Assembly: GCA_963710755.1 (NCBI GenBank)
Contig: CAVQBK010000013.1
Coordinates: forward strand, 256,001-320,000
DNA length: 64,000 nt
Origin: an uncultured bacterium
GTDB taxonomy: Bacteria; Oederibacteriota; JAAXVQ01; JAUVAV01
Reading direction: 5' to 3'
Shown: positions 44,816 to 53,100 of the stretch, piece after piece
Layout: each line of letters begins with the position of its first letter
How positions within the stretch are numbered: the stretch's first letter is position 1
Program-made: the position numbers and the translations under genes
The notes under the pieces: model-generated
Database searches by the model: none
Told to the model about the DNA's origin: nothing
What the model saw: the letters and a program-made list of their open reading frames with translations, nothing else

Positions 44816-45784
44816 TTAGATTTGATGTTTCTGCTGACGCAGATCTCTTTCGGACGTCGCAGGCGTGAAAGGATGTGTCAACCTGAAATCAGGGGTATAG
44901 CCTTCACTGCTCTCCAAGGCCTGCACCCAGCCGTTGTTCAGTCCCAGGCGATCCATTTCCTGCAGTACCTGTTCATATTCCGAGGGCCACAGACAGCGGC
45001 CCAGTGGGCTGTGGCCACTTACCGCCGGCGTGGGCGTATATTGGGCCATCAGTGAAATATGAAGCTCTGGGGAGAGCGATTGGGCTATAAACCGCAAACA
45101 ACCTTTACTGTTCTCCATACTTCCCGGCAGCACCAGATGGCGAATGATTAACCCTGACTGGATCAGGCCGTTTTGACCGAGGACCAAGGCTGTACCTTTT
45201 TGCGCCACCATTTCCCGAAGCGCGGCTTGTGCCTTGGGGGGATAATCGGCAGCCTGGCTGCAAGCCTGGGCCAGGGCAGAATCGCTGTATTTATAATCAG
45301 GCAGATAGACATCTATATACGGAGCCACGGCTTGAAGCATAGCCACTTGGTCATAGCCATTGCTGTTCATCACTGTCACCAGCCGGGGATGACGCTGCCG
45401 CAATACCCGGATAATGGCCACCATGGCCGGCCACATATGGGTGGGTGAAACGAATCCCACTATCTGCCGTTGCGGTGTAAGCTCCTTTTCGATGGCTTGA
45501 ACGGTTTCTTCCAAAGTTAGGATATACTCTACCGCCGGGTGCGGGCCATGGCTGATTTGGTAATTTTGGCAAAAGCTACAGCGCAGGTTGCAATGGGTAA
45601 AGAACACATTGACAATGCCCTGTTCACCAAACACCGGTTCCTCTCCATGATGCACACAGACCGCGCCCAGACGAATCTGATCATCACTCTGACAAAAACC
45701 TGCTGGTTGCTGATGCCGGTTTACGCCACATTGGCGCGGGCACAAACGACATGGATTATAAAGGTCTTGGGTAAAAGACACCAT
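44816..45784 (-). CDS. Radical SAM protein, PflX-like
   Basis: CRLCPRQC, H.GEEP, CNLRCSFCQN, YLPDYKY, RHLVLP, MAQY.P. Confidence 0.9.
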   Translation of the reverse strand: MVSFTQDLYNPCRLCPRQCGVNRHQQPAGFCQSDDQIRLGAVCVHHGEEPVFGEQGIVNVFFTHCNLRCSFCQNYQISHGPHPAVEYILTLEETVQAIEKELTPQRQIVGFVSPTHMWPAMVAIIRVLRQRHPRLVTVMNSNGYDQVAMLQAVAPYIDVYLPDYKYSDSALAQACSQAADYPPKAQAALREMVAQKGTALVLGQNGLIQSGLIIRHLVLPGSMENSKGCLRFIAQSLSPELHISLMAQYTPTPAVSGHSPLGRCLWPSEYEQVLQEMDRLGLNNGWVQALESSEGYTPDFRLTHPFTPATSERDLRQQKHQI

Positions 45785-45876
45785 CGGTCAACCACCGTTA
45801 AGTAGTTTTTGTTGCGTAAAGTCTAAGATCTCTATGGCGCCACATCCGGTCCTGAAGCGGCATTGAAAAAAGATCT

Positions 45877-45926
45877 GTAGGGTACAGGCAACTTGTCCCG
45901 CGTAGGCTGGGCTGCCTGTAGCCTAC
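45877..45926. repeat. Palindromic repeat family A copy 3
   Basis: GTAGGGTACAGGC-AACTTGTCCCGCGTAGGCTGGGCT-GCCTGTAGCCTAC, flanked by ATCT/AGAT. Confidence 0.85.
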
Positions 45927-46036
45927 AGATATGGATGGATAGAACACCTAATCCACAACAAGAATTAATCAGAAATATGAAAAGCGTTATCATTTTATGG
46001 CAAGACCGGTACCAACGAGTGGAAAACAACAGGCGG

Positions 46037-46864
46037 TTATGCTTCCCACAGGGTCAGGGTTTCTTCCAATTTATCCATCACAGTGGTATGGAGCTGGTCC
46101 AACTGATCCAGATTCAACCCCAAGGCCAAATAGGACTCCTGGTTAGTGGGCAGACGTTGAGTTTTAATGTTTCCGTTTACATTGGCTACCATATTGGCCA
46201 CTTGCACGGCATGGATCACCACTTCTTGCGGAGGATTGGGATCATGATGTTTTTCAATGGCCGCAATCAGCTCATCGGGAAATTTCCAGAACCACGCGAT
46301 CTCGCCACCCACAATGGCATGATTGGTACCAAGGACACCGGACTCGGCTTCTACTGCATTTTCTCCGGCTTCGATAAACTGCCAAAGCTCCTTCATGGTT
46401 TCCGGCCGCAAGTGACGAAAAAGCAGCAACTTGCCAATATCGTGAATCAAAGCAGCGGTAAAGGTGATAGGAGGAATCTCCAGCGTAGTAAATTCAGAGA
46501 GTTGTTCAACCACCAAGGCCGAGGTAACACTATGTTGCCATAACTTTTTCTCAACCCCAGGATAGGGAACGGATTGGTTTTTCATGGTCTCCGCCAGCCG
46601 GTAACCTACCGCCAGTTTAAGCAATTGGGCCATACCCAGACGTACCACCGATTCTTTAACCGTTTTAATACGACCGTGCGTGCCGCTCCATGCGGAATTG
46701 GCCCAACGCAGCACATTGCTGGTTAAGGCTTCATCAAACTCAATCACCCGGCAGATCTCATAAATATTAACTTCCGGATTGGCGGTTAAGCGCAACAATT
46801 TGGCCACCGAGGTCGGCATGGGTGAAAGTTTTTGAATTTCAGCGGGATCGATGACAAACTTCAT
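46037..46864 (-). CDS. HDOD domain protein (paralog of 34853-35701)
   Basis: LTSNVLRWANS, VVRLG, WQHS, FTAALIHDIGK, NHA.VG..IA..W.FP, HH. Confidence 0.92.
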   Translation of the reverse strand: MKFVIDPAEIQKLSPMPTSVAKLLRLTANPEVNIYEICRVIEFDEALTSNVLRWANSAWSGTHGRIKTVKESVVRLGMAQLLKLAVGYRLAETMKNQSVPYPGVEKKLWQHSVTSALVVEQLSEFTTLEIPPITFTAALIHDIGKLLLFRHLRPETMKELWQFIEAGENAVEAESGVLGTNHAIVGGEIAWFWKFPDELIAAIEKHHDPNPPQEVVIHAVQVANMVANVNGNIKTQRLPTNQESYLALGLNLDQLDQLHTTVMDKLEETLTLWEA

Positions 46865-46968
46865 GAATCACCAGCATCATCATGTTTATGCCCTGATCTT
46901 ATGCCTGCGCCGGCCTTTCCGGCGCTTGCCGACTACCGGTGGTGCAGCTAAAAAACGGGTCCTGGCCA

Positions 46969-47340
46969 TCAGGCGGCACCGATCAGGTCTTTGATTTTTT
47001 CCAATAATTCCTCAGGATCAAAGGGTTTGATAATATAATCGTCTCCCCCGATAGCAAAACCTTGCTGCGCGTCTCCGGGATTGCCGCGGGCAGTTAGGAA
47101 AACTATTTTTATGCCTTTGGTGTGCGGCTTTTTTTTTATTTCCATACACACTTCATAGCCGTTCATGCCCGGCATCATAATATCAAGAACCATTAAATCA
47201 GGTTTTTCCTGTTCGATCTCTTCCATGGCTTCAAAGCCGCTGGTGGCGGTTTTAACATCATAGCCTTCCACGGAAAGGCTCATTTTGACCAGGCGCGCAA
47301 TAGAGGGTTCGTCATCCACCACCAGTATTTTTTTTCCCAT
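46969..47340 (-). CDS. Single-domain response regulator (REC)
   Basis: ILVVDDE, LDIMMP, FLTA, DYIIKPF. Confidence 0.95.
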   Translation of the reverse strand: MGKKILVVDDEPSIARLVKMSLSVEGYDVKTATSGFEAMEEIEQEKPDLMVLDIMMPGMNGYEVCMEIKKKPHTKGIKIVFLTARGNPGDAQQGFAIGGDDYIIKPFDPEELLEKIKDLIGAA

Positions 47341-47342
47341 GA

Positions 47343-48944
47343 TTATTGGCTCCTTGTGGATCGTTTGCGTGATTTTTTCGTCTTGGTCGTAGCGGCCAGA
47401 GCGTTATTGATTTCATCCTTCATGCTGTCACTCAAGGATGGATCCGAAGAAGCCGCCAACCGTCTCAAGGCCCGGGCTGCGGCATCAACTACGCGTTTTT
47501 CCTTGTCCTGCAGACCTTCGATAACCAACTCCAGAGTCAGGGGATGAATTTTTTCACCCAAGGCAAAGAGTATGCTTTCTCGCTGGAAGGGGTCTTCGGC
47601 CTTGACCATTTGCCCAATATAATCCAGGGCCCTCTCGGCGTCAAGATCCAAGTATTGTACAGCGGCCAGAGCCCGTTCCTTGTAGTTGCCGCTTTGAATT
47701 ACGGATTCCAATTCCGATCCGGGGTGGTATGCAGGTGCAGCTGTCACGTTGGTGCCGGGTTGAACTTCTCCCGCTGAGGGGTCCGGGTTTGCCGGTGCGG
47801 CTGTGGGTGGTGCCGGATTGGCAGGCGGGGCTTGGTTAGGCATGGATTGGGGCATGGGATATTGTCCGGGCATGAGTTGCCCTTGCGGTGCCATGGCGGG
47901 GTTTAGGCGGTAGGCATTGGTCATCATGTTCCCGCTGCCCAACATGCCATAGGTAGAGGCGCCTGGCAAGCCGGCCATATCCCGGACCATTTTAAGCATT
48001 TCCTGCTGATATTTCATGATGACTTCTTCCCGTTTGGAACGCATCCGTTTGATAATCAGATAAAAAATATAAGCCAGGAGACCCAACAAGCCCAGGCCGA
48101 TAATAAACCCATAGATGACCATGCGCTGCTGAAAGGACACATCACCCAGGACATTTTTAAACTGGCCGTCCAGGCGGTTCATAAAATTTTTCCGGTCCTG
48201 TTCCGATTGATAATAGAGATTTTGGATTCGTTCCAAGGGTGCCATGTACTGTTCCATTTGTTTTTCCTGGCTCTTGGTAAACATGGCCATAAGGTTGGTC
48301 ATGGCCGCAACGTTTTTGGCGTATTGCTCCATAATAGGTGAATCGCCACTGGGCTCACGTCCATCCTCCACCGTGTCCTGGTTGGTGTAGCCCCGACCAT
48401 TGCCTAAGACTGGTCCGGAATCAGGGTTTTGATTACGCTGGTTCCGACCTGTCGGACCCGTGGATAAAACCACGCCTCCTTCGGCTCTGGTGGTATCTTC
48501 GGCTTCTTTTTTCAACAGTTCCTGCTGCATGCCTTTGGGGATGAGCATGACCCGGTTTTTCTTGTCCTGCGGGGCCACCTGCTTGGCGACCAATTCATAC
48601 ATCTGGCGCACCTGTTTATTGTCCGGATCCATGTTGTAAGCTTGGGAGAGGTATTTATAAGCATTGCTGTAGTGCTTGGCCAAAAACAAACGGCTCCCCC
48701 GTTCCACCAATATTTTCAAGAGAAAAACTTTGGCTTGATTGTTGGAAGGGCTGTACTGCAGCGATTCATTGAGCAGCTTAATGGCCTGATTGGAATCACC
48801 TTTCAAATATTGTTGAATGGCTTGATCAAAGGCATAAGCGGACCTGCCTTGCGCCGTGTCCCCCACTTCGGCTGCAACCATCTGCAGACCGCCAAATAAA
48901 AGAATAAATAAAATGCTAAACCTCCAGCACCAGTGCTGTTTCAT
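47343..48944 (-). CDS. Signal peptide + TPR + TM + cytoplasmic HEAT-repeat protein
   Basis: N-terminal TPRs (AIQQYLKGD..., YLSQAYNMDPDN), TM IYGFIIGLGLLGLLAYIFYLII followed by KRMRSKR, Pro-rich linker, HEAT-like EDPFQRESILFALG and LQDKEKRVVDAAARAL. Confidence 0.75.
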   Translation of the reverse strand: MKQHWCWRFSILFILLFGGLQMVAAEVGDTAQGRSAYAFDQAIQQYLKGDSNQAIKLLNESLQYSPSNNQAKVFLLKILVERGSRLFLAKHYSNAYKYLSQAYNMDPDNKQVRQMYELVAKQVAPQDKKNRVMLIPKGMQQELLKKEAEDTTRAEGGVVLSTGPTGRNQRNQNPDSGPVLGNGRGYTNQDTVEDGREPSGDSPIMEQYAKNVAAMTNLMAMFTKSQEKQMEQYMAPLERIQNLYYQSEQDRKNFMNRLDGQFKNVLGDVSFQQRMVIYGFIIGLGLLGLLAYIFYLIIKRMRSKREEVIMKYQQEMLKMVRDMAGLPGASTYGMLGSGNMMTNAYRLNPAMAPQGQLMPGQYPMPQSMPNQAPPANPAPPTAAPANPDPSAGEVQPGTNVTAAPAYHPGSELESVIQSGNYKERALAAVQYLDLDAERALDYIGQMVKAEDPFQRESILFALGEKIHPLTLELVIEGLQDKEKRVVDAAARALRRLAASSDPSLSDSMKDEINNALAATTKTKKSRKRSTRSQ

Positions 48945-50158
48945 GGCTGGGCCTCCTCAGATGTGGTATTGCCTAATTCTTCCATTTCATCAGGTGTCAA
49001 GGGCACCCCGTCTTTGTTAACCTTTGGTGTTTCATCTTGACCAGGTGCAGGTGTGCCCATATTTAACATATCCAGCACGGTTTTTAATTTATCCTTTAAT
49101 TCCAAGGCCCGTACATTCTTGGGATCAATCAACACCGCCTGCTCCACAAAACCCATGGCCTCTTGATACTGGCTATGGGTGAACTGAGTTTCGGCTTGTT
49201 CCAATAGTTCCTTGACCTTATCATCTTTGGCTTTTTCGATGGAGGCCCCCAAGCCCACCGAGGCCGTAACAAAATGGGTCAAGCCAAACAAATTCATACC
49301 TTCCACCGCGTAGTCGATGGCATAAGCCCCATAATGCACACCCAAGCCGGCTTGGAAGGTGGCGTTGTCATACCCCAGTTTATAACCGCCGCGCAAGGCA
49401 ATGATCTTGGCAAAACTGTATTCCAGTCCCAAATTGACCTTAACCCCGGCATCCAGCGACTGCACTAAATCCAGGGCACCGGTAAGGCGTTGATCTGCCG
49501 CCACCTCATAGCTGTACTGAGTACCAAGCCTGGCTGTGACAGGAAGGGTTTCCGTGGATTGGTCAAAACTGGACAGATAACCCAGATTCTGTACGGACAG
49601 GCCCACCGTCCAGTGCTCCATAACCTCCAGAATGCTCCCCACATCGGCGGCCACGCCCATGGCGTTATAGCCGGCCAGTTCACGGTAGAGAACTTTGAGA
49701 TTAGCGCCGGCATAAAAGTTTTGTAAGCCGGTAAACGGCGAGATGTCGCGCGCATAAGAAAGTTGCACCCCCAAGTCATATACATTTAAGGCCGCTGTAT
49801 CCAAGCCATTCACATCGCGACCGGGAATGCTGGGCATATGCAGGCCAAACACCCCGACCCCAATGGTGCCCAATTCCAAAAAAGGCTGGATAAAATTAAT
49901 GGCTTCCAGTTGAGTTTCAGCAATCCAATTTAAATGGGTGGCGGACACCTGGGCCATGGGCATCAAGGCCAAGCCGGCGGGATTGTAATAGGCGGCATTG
50001 GGATCACCCAGTCTGGCGGTCACGGCTTCGCCCATGCCTGTGGCCAAAGCGCCTATGTTTATTTTCATGAAGTCGGCGGCCGTGGTGCCCCGCTCGCCGG
50101 CCCATAAGACCGGTTGTATAAGCCAACTGACAACAAGGAAAATGCTCAGCCTTTTCAT
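48941..50158 (-). CDS. PorV/PorQ-like (UPF0164) outer-membrane beta-barrel with C-terminal TPR
   Basis: ADFMKI.IGA.ATGMGEA, YYNPAGL, QNLG, LP...RLG, GLEY....ALRGGY, G.G, DYA; tail QYQEA..FVEQAV.IDP.N. Confidence 0.82.
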   Translation of the reverse strand: MKRLSIFLVVSWLIQPVLWAGERGTTAADFMKINIGALATGMGEAVTARLGDPNAAYYNPAGLALMPMAQVSATHLNWIAETQLEAINFIQPFLELGTIGVGVFGLHMPSIPGRDVNGLDTAALNVYDLGVQLSYARDISPFTGLQNFYAGANLKVLYRELAGYNAMGVAADVGSILEVMEHWTVGLSVQNLGYLSSFDQSTETLPVTARLGTQYSYEVAADQRLTGALDLVQSLDAGVKVNLGLEYSFAKIIALRGGYKLGYDNATFQAGLGVHYGAYAIDYAVEGMNLFGLTHFVTASVGLGASIEKAKDDKVKELLEQAETQFTHSQYQEAMGFVEQAVLIDPKNVRALELKDKLKTVLDMLNMGTPAPGQDETPKVNKDGVPLTPDEMEELGNTTSEEAQP

Positions 50159-53100
50159 CGTATCACCACCACCTTCTTGATTTCCTGGTAACTGCCGATC
50201 TTGTACACGGCCAGGTAGACGCCGCTACCCACCGCGCTGCCCCGTTGATCAGGCGTACCATTGTCTCCATACCACATGGCTTGATGAGCACCCACGCCCG
50301 GCCGGCCATCAACCACTACAGCCACCAGTTCTCCGGCCAGATTATAAAGGTTAATGGAAACCGCTTCATCTTTGGCCACATAATAATCAAAAGTAGTGTA
50401 ACCCCGCTGAGATAGTTTCAGAGGGTTGGGATAATTTTGATGCATAGAATTGAAGGGCTTCAGGATCGTCCACTGGGCGGTCCCGGATTGGGCGCCATTA
50501 GCAGCCATGGCACCGGTTTCCGCATCGCCCGATATGGTGCCGTCCACCGTCACCGCGCCTACAGGTGCTTGCGTGCCTATGTCCACATAAAAATCCAAAG
50601 TGAAGCTGCTCTGGGGACCAACCACGGTCGGATTGTCAGGCGCCGGGATCACCGTAAACCCGGTTTGGCTGTGATTGAAGGTCAAATTGGCGGCCGTAAT
50701 GGTGACGGACATGAGGCTGGTGTTGCGCGCTTCCATAGTCACGGGAATAGCTTTTTGCCCTTGGTACACTTGATTGGCACTACTGAGTACGCGGTCCAGA
50801 TTAATGGCACCTTGGATAACATTAATTACATTGGAGTCAACACTGGAGCTGGTCACCGTATTGCCCGAATTGAGGTCAAGTGCTTGGGCATTGCCGGTGA
50901 AGGTTAAAGTGCCCACCTCCGAGCCCACGGTGACGAGCCAGGTAAAGTCCTGACTGGCACCGCCCAAGATAGTGGCCGAGCCAGGCGAAGTACTGCCCAC
51001 GGCTTCCACGGTAGCGCTATCCGAGCCGGTCCAAGCAAGGCTTAGGGGCTTGCCCAGCAGAGCAGTGGCTTGGCCGGTGTTGGTCACGGTCATGGTCAGC
51101 GTAAAGTCACGCAGCCGCTCTGCATTTTGCGGGCCATGAATAACGCAGGCAAGGTTAGCTGGTGATTGCACGGTTACCACTGTGGCTGCGGCGTTGGAGG
51201 TCACCCCGGCGGCATCAAAAGGATCTGTGGTATAGGCCTGGCCGGTTATGGTCACGTACCCCGGCGAACCGGCGGTATAGGACCAGAAGAACGATTTAGT
51301 GTCGCCGCGCTCCAGGAATTGCGCGGTGGGCGTGGGTCCGGCATAATAGGTGGCTCCGCCGATTATGCCCAGTGTACTGGGGGTCACGGTGAGGCCCTGG
51401 GGCACATCGCTGCTACTGTCGTTGGTCACGGTCATGGTCACGTCAATCATCTGGCCCGTGCTGACAGTGGCCGGCTGGGCCCCCAACGTCGTTGTCAACA
51501 CCGGTGGTTCGGGATCACGGATGAGGATGGGGTTGGAATCGGTGGCCGTGGTGGTCAGATTATTGGTACTGAACGAATCAATGGCCATGGCCTGGCCGGT
51601 AAAGGTCACCCCACCCGGCGCCGCGGCAAGATAGGTCCAGGTAAACGCTTCCTGACTTCCCCCGGGGATGGACGCATAAGACGCCGGCGTCGGACCGCTT
51701 AGGTAAGCAGCATTACCTGCAACCGCCAACGCGGTTGGGGATACAGATAAGGCATCCGGGCCGCCAACATTATAAACTGTCATGGTGACGGTCATCTCTT
51801 GATTGGTCAGCACCGGATCGGGCGAGGCTGCCAAGGTTGAACTAATTTCGGAGAAAGGCACAGAGATGGTGATAATGCCCTCCGGATCGGCGCTGGTGTT
51901 GGATTCAGCCAACCTGATCTGATCGCCTTCGCCTTCTGAACCAGTCGTTACCGTCACATAGGCAGGGTAACTCCCAGTTTGCTGAACAGTAGGTGTTTGG
52001 AGGGTAATGGTTCGTCCGTTGGTCGAAAAATCAAAAGCTGAAAAAGTGGCATTGGAGTTGAGGGCCATCACATTTTCCGGCACATTGACAAAGGCAGCCC
52101 TTGCAGTCCGGCTGGCGATCCCGTAAGAACAGACCATTCTGGTAGAGGTAGTAATATTTTGGGCGGGCGTAGCTTTAACGGTAATGGTGTTGGCAACGCC
52201 TTCGGCTGAAACATAAATGACATTGCCCAAACTACCGTTGGACTGGGTTGAGACTGCAAGCCCCTCATCATCTGTCGCCGTGTCAGTAAGGGACATGGCC
52301 GTGCTTACAGGTGCTTGAAAATGGACATTAACCCCGGGAACACCATTGCCGTTTTCATCGGTGATCATGGCAAATACCGTGGGATTAATGCCACCGGTGG
52401 CAAAAGCCCTTAAATTGACTGTAGGATCAACCGGCAAGGTCACCATGGCATCATCGGTGGCCACGTTACCCAAGACTTGAATGTTTATTTTGTCTCCCCC
52501 CCCATTTGTGCCAGGTGCAATATAAGCATAGGTCGGCAGGTCAGCCACATCGGTTTTGGCGCCCGACACAGCCAGGATGCGGTTGTTACCCGCCGTCTCG
52601 TCAATGGCTAGGTAATTAACCGTGGGGATAGTACTGACCAGAAGGTTATAACAGGGATAACGTATCACAGCGGTATTAATTTTATGGTTGGCGGCTGCAT
52701 ACCAACTCAAGACTTTCGAATTTTGCAATACCCCGCCAACCCCGGCGTTGGTCAGTATTTGAACATCCGGGTAGCCGGCGGCACTGACAGTGATCACATC
52801 CTGGCTGGCCCCACCGCTTTCTGTGGAAGAAACCGTGCCATCAAAACTGGTTATCCAGGAAGGACCTCCGCTCATGGTGGAAAAGGCATTATTCGAACTA
52901 AATGAAATGGGTATGCCTTCCATGCCAACACCATCATCAGTGACCACCAAAGCTGTCACCACCGGATTAACAGCGGAAGTGGCAAAGGCCTGTAAAAAGC
53001 TGCTCTTGATTTCATTAATAGTAATAAACGCATCCGTCCCAGGTGTGCTGTACCCCATGTTGACAATAACCTGATCCCCAATGCCTGCTGTGCCCGGACA